IMG/VR virus record: IMGVR_UViG_3300015050_001385
Location: 1 to 48,392 of that record
Direction: 5' to 3' (one strand)
Origin: a virus
Lineage: Duplodnaviria; Caudoviricetes
DNA: 48,392 nt
Part shown: piece by piece, positions 16,367-25,387 of the stretch
Numbering within the stretch: the first letter of the stretch is position 1
Layout: each line of letters opens with the position of its first letter
Program-made: the position numbers and the translations under genes
Notes under the pieces: model-generated
Databases searched by the model: none
What the model was told of the DNA's origin: nothing
Seen by the model: the letters and a program-made list of their open reading frames with translations, nothing else

Positions 16367-17850
16367 ATCGCGACGACATCGACATTCTAGAGCAGATCGC
16401 CATTCACGAGGCGCGCAACGACTTTTGGGCCTATCGCCAATACATGAATCCTGGCTTGAAGCTTGGATGGTGGCAGCGCGAGATCGCCAATGTGCTTACA
16501 GATTTTTACGATGAGCTGATCGCCGGACAGCGCCCGAAGTATGTTATTGAAGCTCCGCCGCAACACGGCAAGTCTTTCCAGATTCTGGACTTCATATCGT
16601 GGCTCGCGGGTAAACACCCCGACAAGCGAACAATCTACACGTCCTTTTCTGAACGCTTGGGCGTGCGTGGAAATCTGCGCATGCAGCGGCTGCTCGACTC
16701 TCCAAAGTACAAGAAGGTTTTCCCCGACACGATCATCAACTCTTCCAACGCGGTGAGCATCAGCTCGCAGAGCCTGCGCAACCGCGAGATCATCGAGTAC
16801 ATCGGGCACGATGGTTACTTCAGGAACACTACCGTTCGCGGGTCCATCACCGGCGAGGGCTTGGATCTCGGTGTCATCGATGACCCGATCAAAGGGCGCG
16901 AGGCCGCAGGCTCCGAGGTCGTTCGCGAGGCGACTTGGGACTGGTTCACCGACGATTTCTTCAGTCGCTTTTCCGAGGAGGCAGGGCTGCTCTCGATCCT
17001 GACCCGCTGGCACTTGGACGACCCAATTGGGCGACTGCAGGCGATTGACTCAACAGTCAAGACGTTCAAGTACCCGGCCATCGCTGAAGGCAAGCGCACC
17101 CCCAACGACCAGAAGAATCGCAAGGAGGGCGACCCGCTCTTCCCCGAGCTCAAGTCCCTGGAGTTCCTGATGGAGCGCAAGGGCATTATGAGCGCCGGCA
17201 ACTGGGGCGCGCTCTATCAACAGAACCCAACGGTCCAAGGCGGCGACATCATCAAGAGCGAATGGTTCAAGCGCTACGTCGTCCTGCCTAAGCTCGCCTA
17301 CCGCAAGATCTTCGCCGACACCGCGATGAAGACCAAGGAACACAACGACTACTCGGTGTTCGAATGCTGGGGCAAGGGCGAGGATGGCAAGGCCTATCTC
17401 ATCGACCTGATACGTGGCAAGTGGGAAGCCCCGGAGCTCAAGCGCCGCGCGGTGGACTTCTGGAACAAACACAAAGCATTTCCGACCGACGGTCTTGGGT
17501 TGCTGCGTGAGATGGTGGTGGAAGACAAGGCCAGCGGGACCGGGTTGATCCAGGACATCAAGACCTCCTCGCACCCCGATGGTCGGTTCAAGGGCGTCAT
17601 CCCGATCAAGGGTCTCGAACGCAACAAGGACAAGTACACGCGCGTGAGCGACGCCATTCCGTACATTGAGTCGGGCTATGTTTACGTTCCGCAGGACGCG
17701 CCTTGGGTGAGCGACTTCCTCTCGGAAAACGAAGAGTTCACCGCCGACGACACCCACTCGTTCGACGACCAGATCGACCCGATGTGTGACGCCATCGAGG
17801 ACATGATCGCGGGTTCAGGCAAAATCGACATCTGGAAAGGGATTATTTAA
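16363..17850 (+). CDS. terL: Terminase large subunit
   Basis: PPQHGKS Walker A, GVIDDPIK Walker B, TRWHLDD, ALYQQNP, nuclease motifs DTA...DYSV, EDKASG, DDQID. Confidence 0.96.
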   Translation: MNRDDIDILEQIAIHEARNDFWAYRQYMNPGLKLGWWQREIANVLTDFYDELIAGQRPKYVIEAPPQHGKSFQILDFISWLAGKHPDKRTIYTSFSERLGVRGNLRMQRLLDSPKYKKVFPDTIINSSNAVSISSQSLRNREIIEYIGHDGYFRNTTVRGSITGEGLDLGVIDDPIKGREAAGSEVVREATWDWFTDDFFSRFSEEAGLLSILTRWHLDDPIGRLQAIDSTVKTFKYPAIAEGKRTPNDQKNRKEGDPLFPELKSLEFLMERKGIMSAGNWGALYQQNPTVQGGDIIKSEWFKRYVVLPKLAYRKIFADTAMKTKEHNDYSVFECWGKGEDGKAYLIDLIRGKWEAPELKRRAVDFWNKHKAFPTDGLGLLREMVVEDKASGTGLIQDIKTSSHPDGRFKGVIPIKGLERNKDKYTRVSDAIPYIESGYVYVPQDAPWVSDFLSENEEFTADDTHSFDDQIDPMCDAIEDMIAGSGKIDIWKGII

Positions 17851-19353
17851 ATGACCAACCGCCACCAACGCCGGGCCGCTGCCGCCCAAGCCCGCGACGC
17901 CGCGCCTGCTGCAAGAGCAAACACTACCGACGGCTTCCAGAACCTTGTGTTGCGCGTCGGCGAAGGCTCGACGGTCATGGGCGGTGGCGGATATGTTCGC
18001 TCCGGCCTGACCCGCAACTACGTCGCGCTGGACGCAATGTATCGAGGCTCGTGGATCGTCGGACAAGCGGTGGATGCTGTCGCAGAGGACATGACCCGCG
18101 CTGGCATATCGCTGATGGGCGTTGAGCCGGAGAGGGCTGCGGAGATGCAGCGCAAGATGACCCGCATGGGGCTGTGGCAAGGAATCACACAGAACATTAA
18201 GTGGGGTCGCTTGTACGGCGGCTCGATCGGCGTGATCATGATCGACGGTCAAAACCTCTCGACCCCTCTCCGGCCCGAGACCGTTGGCAAGGACCAGTTC
18301 AGCGGCATCAAGATCTTCGACCGTTGGAGCGCCAGCCCCAATCTCACGTACAAGATCATGGAAGGCATGCAGATGGGCCTTCCGGAATACTACAACATTA
18401 CGCGCCTCGGTCTGACTGTTCATCACACACGCGTCGTCCGCCAGATCGGCATTGACCTGCCTTGGAACGAAGCTGAGCGGGAAGAGATGTGGGGCTGCTC
18501 GATCATCGAGCGTGTCTACGACCGGCTGCTGCCATTCGACACAGCCACAGCGGGCGCGGCTCAGCTTCTCTCGCGCGCGCATCTGCGAACAGTTTCCGTG
18601 GAAGGCCTGCGCGAGATCCTGGCCCAAGGAGGTGTGGCCGAAGAGAATTTGATCAAGATGTTCGCTCTCATGCGCACACTGCAGAGCAACGAGGGCATCA
18701 CGCTGCTAGACAAGAACGACGAGTTCGAAGCGCACAGTTACACGTTCAGCGGCATCGAGGGGCTGATTACTCAGTTCGCGCAACAGATCTCTGGCGCAAC
18801 CGGAATCCCTCTCGTGCGGCTCATGGGTCAGTCTCCGGCGGGCCTGAACTCGACTGGCGAGAGCGACATGCGAATGTACTACGACAACATCGCGCAGCAA
18901 CAGGAAAGCCGGTTGCGCTACGGCTTGCAGCGCCTGCTGGACGTGTTGCATTGGTCAATGTATGAGGCTGCGCCGGAGGACGACTTCGATTTTTCGTTCA
19001 ACCCGCTGAAGCAACTCGACCCGAAGGAAAAAGCCGAGACCGCAGAGCGCATGACCAAGGCCATCGTCGAAGCCTACGGCGAAGACCTGATCGACAGGCC
19101 AACCGCCATGATGGAGCTCCAGCGGGTCGCCGAGATCTGCGGCATCTTCGGGAATGTTTCTCCCGATATGATCAAGGAGGCGCAGGGCATGGTCGAGCAA
19201 GCCAAGGCCGATCCGCTGAACCCAGAAGGGCTCGATCCGCTGACCGGCCTGCCCAAGCCACCGCCTCCTGTCATTGCTGGCACAGATCCTGCCAAGTCCG
19301 GCGACAAGAACAAACCAGCGGTGAAGGCAGATGGCAAAGAAGCGACGGAATAA
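17851..19353 (+). CDS. Portal protein (DUF1073 type)
   Basis: Follows TerL; MYRGSWI...AEDMTRAG, ISGATGIPLVRLMGQSPAGLNSTGESD..YYD. Confidence 0.92.
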   Translation: MTNRHQRRAAAAQARDAAPAARANTTDGFQNLVLRVGEGSTVMGGGGYVRSGLTRNYVALDAMYRGSWIVGQAVDAVAEDMTRAGISLMGVEPERAAEMQRKMTRMGLWQGITQNIKWGRLYGGSIGVIMIDGQNLSTPLRPETVGKDQFSGIKIFDRWSASPNLTYKIMEGMQMGLPEYYNITRLGLTVHHTRVVRQIGIDLPWNEAEREEMWGCSIIERVYDRLLPFDTATAGAAQLLSRAHLRTVSVEGLREILAQGGVAEENLIKMFALMRTLQSNEGITLLDKNDEFEAHSYTFSGIEGLITQFAQQISGATGIPLVRLMGQSPAGLNSTGESDMRMYYDNIAQQQESRLRYGLQRLLDVLHWSMYEAAPEDDFDFSFNPLKQLDPKEKAETAERMTKAIVEAYGEDLIDRPTAMMELQRVAEICGIFGNVSPDMIKEAQGMVEQAKADPLNPEGLDPLTGLPKPPPPVIAGTDPAKSGDKNKPAVKADGKEATE

Positions 19354-20071
19354 GTTCGAAGCCCCTGCGGTCGCTGAGCGTGAATATGAACGCCAGCTCC
19401 GCAAGGTCGCGCGCGCGGTCGCCTCGATCATCGAACCGTACATTGAAGGCGCAACAATTCCGCAACTGCCCGCGCTGCTCAAGCAGCTACAGGCGTACAG
19501 CGACATTATCGGTCCGTGGGCAACGCGCGTTGCCGAGGCAATGTTGGAAAAAGTCCGGGCCTCCGACAAACGCGCCTGGCGTGCGGAAGACAAAAAGTTC
19601 ATCCAAGGATTCAGGGGCGTCGTTGGAGACAGCGCTGTCGGGCGCGAGTCGAACAGACTGCTGAGCGAACAGGTCACGCTGATAAAGTCCCTGCCTCTCA
19701 AGGCCGGTGAGCGCGCGCAACAACTCGCTGTGGACGCCACGATCAATGGTCGGCGCGCAGAGGACGTTGCTGCGGATCTTCGCAACATAGGCAACGTAAC
19801 TGAGGCGCGCGCGCAGCTCATTGCCCGAACCGAGATCGCCAAGGCAAACAGCACCATGACCCAGGCACGCTCGATGGCGGTTGGATCTTCGGCGTACATT
19901 TGGCGCACAGCAGGCGACGAGGCCGTCCGTGAGTCGCACGCCGAGATGGAAGGTGAGGTCGTCCGCTGGGATCAACCGCCAACACTCAGCGACGGAACGA
20001 CCACGCACGCTGGACAGATTTACAACTGCCGGTGTTTCGCAGAACCGATATTTCCGGACCTGGGTGAATGA
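19331..20071 (+). CDS. Head morphogenesis protein (SPP1 gp7 / Mu gpF family)
   Basis: RAQLIARTE, YIWRTAGDEAVRESHAEMEG, HAGQIYNCRC. Confidence 0.92.
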   Translation: MAKKRRNKFEAPAVAEREYERQLRKVARAVASIIEPYIEGATIPQLPALLKQLQAYSDIIGPWATRVAEAMLEKVRASDKRAWRAEDKKFIQGFRGVVGDSAVGRESNRLLSEQVTLIKSLPLKAGERAQQLAVDATINGRRAEDVAADLRNIGNVTEARAQLIARTEIAKANSTMTQARSMAVGSSAYIWRTAGDEAVRESHAEMEGEVVRWDQPPTLSDGTTTHAGQIYNCRCFAEPIFPDLGE

Positions 20072-20076
20072 TTTAT

Positions 20077-20105
20077 TTGCCGTCCTAAAAATTTGCAGTC
20101 ATAAT
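20077..20105 (+). promoter_or_regulatory. Sigma70-like promoter TTGCCG-17-CATAAT for head genes
   Basis: Matches the phage promoter consensus; lies 10 nt before the protease ATG. Confidence 0.7.
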
Positions 20106-20115
20106 TCGCACCACA

Positions 20116-21306
20116 ATGCACTTCTACTGTACGGCCAAGCTCTCTGACAAGATGTACAAGACCCCTGAAGGGTACCTTGTTTGTCAGGATGTCGCCATCA
20201 CCCGTGTTGGTGAACTGCAGTACTTGCCAGGCGAGATGCCCTCCATCGCTCGCGGCGACAACGACATCATTGTTGTTGAGCGATCCGAAGCAGATGTGTT
20301 CGACGAAGACACCATCCGGTCCTTCGAAGGCAAGCCCATCACCGTCCACCACCCCAAGCAGTTCGTCGGCCCGCATAATCACCGTGAGCTGTCTGTCGGC
20401 TCGCTGAACAATGTTCGACGCGGGACTGGCGACATGGCTGGCAAGCTCGTCACCGACTTCCTGATCACCGACTCCACCGCCATCGGCAAGGTCGAGCGCC
20501 GTGAACTCCGCGAAGTGTCGTGCGGGTATGAGGCAGAGTACATTCAAATCAAGCCGGGCCGCGCTCGGCAGACCGACATCCGGGGCAATCATGTTGCCCT
20601 AGTACCTCGTGGGCGCGCTGGCCCTGAGTGTGCAATCTTCGACAGCGCGCCCAAGGAAATTCCTATGACCGCCAAAGCAAAACTACTGGCATTGTTCTCC
20701 AAAGCAGTTGACGCGATGCCAGACGATGGCGACGAGGAAACTGTTGACGGCTTGAAGGCCAAGCTCGCCAAGTTCCAAAAGGACAAGGAAGATGCCGACA
20801 AAAAGGCCACCGACGCTCAAGCCGTTGCTGACAAAGCAACCGCCGATCTGAAAAAGGTCAACGATGAGCTCGCCACGGCCAACGCTGACAAAGCAAAGCT
20901 GACCACCGACCTGGCCACCGTGACTGCTGAAGTCACCGCGCTGAAAAAGCCTGCTGGCAAGACCACCAACGATGCCGCCATTGTTGCCAAGGCCGAGATC
21001 CTCGCACCCGGCATTGCTGCTGACACGCAAGACATTCAGGTTGCGGCCTTGAAAACGGCTTACGCGACAACCGACGGCAAGGCCGCGATCGATGTTTTCA
21101 CCGGTGGCAAGGCTCCCGCCTACGACAACGCAGCAGCTGTGGACGTTATCTTCAACGGCGCTGCTGCTTCCATCGCTGCTGTCCGCAAGGCCGCGCTGGC
21201 TGGTGGCGGTGGAAACCAGACCAAGGCCACTGACGCGAAGACCACCGACTTCTACCAGGACTGGGACACGGCCACGGCTAAGACCCACCCTGTTCCCAAG
21301 CTGTAA
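20116..21306 (+). CDS. Prohead protease-scaffold fusion (DUF2213)
   Basis: TPEGYL, SFEGKPITVHHP, EVSCGY, NHVALVPRGRAG, then an Ala/Lys/Asp coiled-coil scaffold region. Confidence 0.9.
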   Translation: MHFYCTAKLSDKMYKTPEGYLVCQDVAITRVGELQYLPGEMPSIARGDNDIIVVERSEADVFDEDTIRSFEGKPITVHHPKQFVGPHNHRELSVGSLNNVRRGTGDMAGKLVTDFLITDSTAIGKVERRELREVSCGYEAEYIQIKPGRARQTDIRGNHVALVPRGRAGPECAIFDSAPKEIPMTAKAKLLALFSKAVDAMPDDGDEETVDGLKAKLAKFQKDKEDADKKATDAQAVADKATADLKKVNDELATANADKAKLTTDLATVTAEVTALKKPAGKTTNDAAIVAKAEILAPGIAADTQDIQVAALKTAYATTDGKAAIDVFTGGKAPAYDNAAAVDVIFNGAAASIAAVRKAALAGGGGNQTKATDAKTTDFYQDWDTATAKTHPVPKL

Positions 21307-21336
21307 GCGAACACCCCGAAACTTCAAGGAAAAATC

Positions 21337-21843
21337 ATGACTCAAATCATCACCAATTCGATGCCAATGGGTGTTCCCGGCGACCTTTCTCGCTCGCACG
21401 CCATCGTCGAGTCCTACAACCAGAACGTCACCACTCCGGTCGGCAAGTACGGTGTCCCCGTCAAGCTGGGCGCGGTGGCCGACACCATCAGCCCCATCAC
21501 CACTGGTGGCACTTCGGCTTCTGTCGTCGGCTTCCTGGTGCGCGACTTCCCGTCGCAAGGCGGCTCGCTGAGCAACGAGGCATTCGGCGTCGCTGTTCCA
21601 CCTCTGTCCGGCCCTCTGTCGGTCATGAAGGAGGGCTACATGATCGTCAAGAACAATGCCGGCACGCCAGCCAAGGAGGGTGTTGTTTACATGCGCATCG
21701 GCACCCCGACCGCTGACAAGCCGCTGGGCGGCATCGAAGCAGTGGCCGACGGCGCAGACACTGTCGTCCTGGTGGACGCGCAGTTCATGGGCGCAGCGGA
21801 CGCGGACGGCAATGCCGAGATCCGCTACCGCGTGGGCAACTAA
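21337..21843 (+). CDS. Head decoration/cement protein
   Basis: Position between scaffold and MCP; MPMGVPGDLSR...DADGNAEI. Confidence 0.75.
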   Translation: MTQIITNSMPMGVPGDLSRSHAIVESYNQNVTTPVGKYGVPVKLGAVADTISPITTGGTSASVVGFLVRDFPSQGGSLSNEAFGVAVPPLSGPLSVMKEGYMIVKNNAGTPAKEGVVYMRIGTPTADKPLGGIEAVADGADTVVLVDAQFMGAADADGNAEIRYRVGN

Positions 21844-21881
21844 GCTGCAACGACAACATCGTAACTACCAAGGAAACTGAC

Positions 21882-23036
21882 ATGAAAAAATTCCGCTTCG
21901 CCACGATGCTCGCTGCTGTTGTTGCGCTCGCCTCGATGGCCCTCTCTGCTCCGGCTATGGCCGGCAAAGCCTTCCTCGACGCGGTCCCCAAGCTGGCGTA
22001 CGAAGGCGCTCTCTCGCTGCTCCAGCCCGTCGCTCGCGCGGTGGAAGGATGGATGTTCTCCAGCGGCATGGCCCTGAGCGTATTGGCGACGTTCGACCAG
22101 GCCACGATCGACTCGACTGGCGTGTTCTTCCAGACCGAGCTGACACGCGTCGACCCTGTGTTGAATACGCCTCTGGCCGAGTTCACCTGGTCCCGTGACA
22201 TTGACCTTGGTCCACTGGACATCGGTGACGAAACCACGGCCTTCGACGCTGTTAAGTACACGGCAGTCGGTGGTGTGCAGCCTGCTGGCAAGTCGTTCAT
22301 CGGCCCCAAGGCCACCGAGATCGGCAACGTCGGCGCTGACATGGAGCGCAAAACCGCTGCCACCTTCGTCTGGGCAGAAGCCATCCAGAAGACAGTGATC
22401 GAGCTGGCCCGTGCTGCAAAGCTCGGTCGCAATCTCGACGCAACGCTGCTGGACGCGCTGAACATGAAGATGAACGTGGACCTGCAGAACCAGGTTTACA
22501 CCGGCGACACCCTGCAAGCGATCAAGGGCCTGGTCAACAGCACGCTGATCACGGCAACTGACGTTGCGCTGAACGCGGGCGCCACCAGCCGTCTGTGGAT
22601 CAACAAGACCGACGACGAGATCCTGGCCGACTTGAACACGCTGCTGACGGCAACGTGGGCTCAGACCGGCTACACCTCCATGCCTCGTCGCCTGGGCCTG
22701 CCGCCCGCCAAGTTTGCGTACCTCGTGTCGCGCAAGATCGTCAACGGCTCGATGTCCATCGCCAAGTACCTGGCCGAAAACAGCATCGCAATGACCACCA
22801 ACGGCGTCCCGCTGGAACTGGTGCCAATGCGTGAACTGACCGGCGCTGGTGTCGGCGCGACCGACCGAATGACCGCTTACACCAAGCGTCGCGACTACCA
22901 GCGCCTGCCGCTGTCGGCGATGGCTTCAACCCCGATGCAGTACCGCGATCTGTATCAGCGCGTGGTCTACTACCGTCGCGTCGGAACTGTCGAGATCGTC
23001 AAGCCCGAGACCCTCCGCTACGCGGACGCGTTCTAA
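21882..23036 (+). CDS. Major capsid protein (DUF2184 type) with N-terminal extension
   Basis: TFDQATIDSTG..F..EL...D, FTWSRDI, VYTGD...KGLVN, GAGVGATDRM..Y, YADAF. Confidence 0.88.
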   Translation: MKKFRFATMLAAVVALASMALSAPAMAGKAFLDAVPKLAYEGALSLLQPVARAVEGWMFSSGMALSVLATFDQATIDSTGVFFQTELTRVDPVLNTPLAEFTWSRDIDLGPLDIGDETTAFDAVKYTAVGGVQPAGKSFIGPKATEIGNVGADMERKTAATFVWAEAIQKTVIELARAAKLGRNLDATLLDALNMKMNVDLQNQVYTGDTLQAIKGLVNSTLITATDVALNAGATSRLWINKTDDEILADLNTLLTATWAQTGYTSMPRRLGLPPAKFAYLVSRKIVNGSMSIAKYLAENSIAMTTNGVPLELVPMRELTGAGVGATDRMTAYTKRRDYQRLPLSAMASTPMQYRDLYQRVVYYRRVGTVEIVKPETLRYADAF

Positions 23037-23069
23037 GCCACGACGACCCCGAAACTTCAGGAGCAAATC

Positions 23070-23597
23070 ATGGCAGGAAAATTCTTCAAAGTGAAGTTCA
23101 TCCAATCCACCGAGCTAGCCGGGGTCGGCTACTCTTCGGTGGGCGGGCCGAACCGCGACGGCGTGTACCTCAGTGTGCCCGCCGATGCTCTGAAAAAGAG
23201 CACGTATGCCGAGGCCTTGGCCAAGGACGGGTTGCTTGAAATCTTGGGCGACGGCGAAGCGCCTGAGTCCGCTGGCGACAAGGTCCAGCCAGAAGAGCAA
23301 GCCGCGTTCAAGGCCTCCGGCATGACGGAAGAGCAGTGGCTCAGCAAGCTGCCCGTCGAGCGTGGCGCGCTGGTCGGTGAGTACAACGGTCGCGTCGCTG
23401 CTGCGCAAGCTGTTGCTGGCGAGTCCGCTGTCAAGGCCGCAGGCAAGTCCAACAACGCCAACGCTCAGCTGACCGAAGAGCAAAAGGCCGCCAAGGAAAA
23501 TTTGGAAGCCGCTGTCGCTCAGGAAAAGGCCGACGCAGCCGCTGCCAAGGAGCCAAAATCTCCAAAGGCCGCTGCCAAGACCGCCTCCAAAAAGTAG
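23070..23597 (+). CDS. Ala/Lys-rich hypothetical (head-associated) protein
   Basis: AGGAG SD; follows the MCP. Confidence 0.7.
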   Translation: MAGKFFKVKFIQSTELAGVGYSSVGGPNRDGVYLSVPADALKKSTYAEALAKDGLLEILGDGEAPESAGDKVQPEEQAAFKASGMTEEQWLSKLPVERGALVGEYNGRVAAAQAVAGESAVKAAGKSNNANAQLTEEQKAAKENLEAAVAQEKADAAAAKEPKSPKAAAKTASKK

Positions 23598-23604
23598 GCA
23601 GTGA

Positions 23605-23982
23605 GTGGCCTTCGTTGTAGCAGACTTCCGTCTGCACTTCCCAGAGTTCGCCAACGTCGTTACTTACCCGAACGACTTGGTGAACTTCTGGGCGACGTTG
23701 GCCGAGCTCGAGATAAGCGCTACGCGCTTTGGTCTGGCGCGTCCTTACGCTGTTGAGCTGCTCACCGCGCACTACCTGGCCACCGCGCGGCTCAACACCA
23801 TAGGGTCCAACCCCGGCACAGGAGGGGGCGCTGTTGCCTCCAAGAGTGTTGGAGATGTTTCAATCAGTTACGACAACAAATTCTTGGACAGCGTCACCGG
23901 CATGGCCTACTCCGGCACCCGCTACGGCGTGATGCTTTCGGCCATGATGCGGAGATATGGCGCTGGCGCGGTGCAGTTGTGA
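23605..23982 (+). CDS. Head-tail adaptor (DUF4054)
   Basis: FRLHFPEF...LLTAHYL...SKSVGDVSISYD...TRYG. Confidence 0.85.
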   Translation: MAFVVADFRLHFPEFANVVTYPNDLVNFWATLAELEISATRFGLARPYAVELLTAHYLATARLNTIGSNPGTGGGAVASKSVGDVSISYDNKFLDSVTGMAYSGTRYGVMLSAMMRRYGAGAVQL

Positions 23983-24452
23983 GCGTCAAGATCACCAAGG
24001 ACAACACAAAGAATCTTTTGGCCAACATTGAGGCGTTGGCCAGCAAGCGTGTGTACGTCGGCGTCCCAGGCGAAAAGGCCAATCGTTCTGGGCCGATCAA
24101 CAATGCGCAGATCGGTTACATTTCAGAGAACGGCTCTCCTGTGAACAACATCCCCGCGCGCCCGCATCTGGTGCCTGGTGTGCGCGATGCGCTGCCAGCC
24201 ATCGAGAAGGTGTTGAAGGTCTCTGCCAAGGCGGCGATGAAGTTGCCGGACGCGGCGGAAGCTCGACTGGAGCGCGCTGGCATCATTGCCGCGTTGTCTG
24301 TTCGCAAAAAAATCGTCTCACAAGAAGGCTTCCAAGAGCTCTCGCCCGGAACGCTCAAGGCGCGCAAGCGCAAAGGCTTCAAGGGCACCAAAGCGCTGAT
24401 CGAGTCTGGCCAGTACATGAATGCAATCACATTTGTGGTGCGACCAAAATGA
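23979..24452 (+). CDS. Neck/tail-completion protein
   Basis: VYVGVP...IGYISENGSP..NIPARPHL...KALIESG. Confidence 0.75.
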   Translation: MSVKITKDNTKNLLANIEALASKRVYVGVPGEKANRSGPINNAQIGYISENGSPVNNIPARPHLVPGVRDALPAIEKVLKVSAKAAMKLPDAAEARLERAGIIAALSVRKKIVSQEGFQELSPGTLKARKRKGFKGTKALIESGQYMNAITFVVRPK

Positions 24453-24817
24453 TCGATGTTTCCGAGCTCATGGACGATCCAGACTTTGTTAGCCCGGACC
24501 CGGTCACGTTGATCCGGCGCTCCTCCGCTGTGAACAGTTTCGGCGAAAATGTTCTGACAGAAGTCGCAACCTCGATCGTTGCCATCATCCAAGCCGGACC
24601 CGGCGACATGCTGGAGCGCCTCCCTGACGAGGCAAAGCTGACCCGCATGATCCGGATATGGACCAAGACCGTATTGCAAGCCGAGTCGCCCGGCGGATAT
24701 GCCGACATGATTACGTGGAAAGGCGCGCGCTGGTCGCTGATGCCTGTGCAGTATTGGGGCAATTGGGGCGCAGGCTTCACGCAAGCGCTCGCGACCTACG
24801 AAGGGGTCAGCCAATGA
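24449..24817 (+). CDS. Head-closure protein
   Basis: IDVSELMDDPDF start, W..WGAGF motif, synteny. Confidence 0.7.
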   Translation: MIDVSELMDDPDFVSPDPVTLIRRSSAVNSFGENVLTEVATSIVAIIQAGPGDMLERLPDEAKLTRMIRIWTKTVLQAESPGGYADMITWKGARWSLMPVQYWGNWGAGFTQALATYEGVSQ

Positions 24818-25377
24818 CCACAAGCGCCACCGGTGGCTATCTAACCACGCCACTGCCAGACAACGTCGCTCTAAAAAGGTTCTTTCAGGGGCTGATCGTC
24901 GGCGTCACCGGCCTGGCAGGCGCTATGGTGCGTCCGCGTTGGCAGCCGAATCCACCACCAATGCCTGCTGTTGACGTGGACTGGTGCGCCTTCGGGATAA
25001 CGACCCGCTCGCCGGACGGAAGCGCTTATGTTGCTCCGGAAGCTCTCTCCGCCAAAGTCGTGCGACATGAAGCGATGGAAATTGCTTGCTCCTTCTACGG
25101 ACCGGCTTGCGAAGGCTACGCCGAGCGCCTGCGCGACGGTATGCAGGTTTCGCAAAACCGCGAGCCGCTGCTCATTGCTTCGATGGGCTTTCAGAGCACG
25201 AGCGGGCTGACGCATGCGCCAGAATTGCACAACCAGCGGTGGTATGAGCGATGCGATTTGACGTTGACGATCAATCGCGAAACCGGTAAGGTTTGTGAAA
25301 TTCTTTGCTTCACTGGCGCGATTGGCGCGATAATCACCGAAACCTTGACCTTGCCATTCGAGGTCACACAATCCTGA
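24814..25377 (+). CDS. Tail terminator / neck protein
   Basis: TSATGGYL...VTGL...VRPRWQ..PP...WCAFG...SFYGP; directly before the sheath. Confidence 0.75.
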   Translation: MTTSATGGYLTTPLPDNVALKRFFQGLIVGVTGLAGAMVRPRWQPNPPPMPAVDVDWCAFGITTRSPDGSAYVAPEALSAKVVRHEAMEIACSFYGPACEGYAERLRDGMQVSQNREPLLIASMGFQSTSGLTHAPELHNQRWYERCDLTLTINRETGKVCEILCFTGAIGAIITETLTLPFEVTQS

Positions 25378-25387
25378 AGGAAACATC

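Noticed and set aside
17851-19353. Anti-CBASS Acb1 label sometimes attached to DUF1073 proteins
   Set aside because: Position and motifs indicate a portal; no appended 2H-phosphoesterase domain with paired HxT motifs is visible
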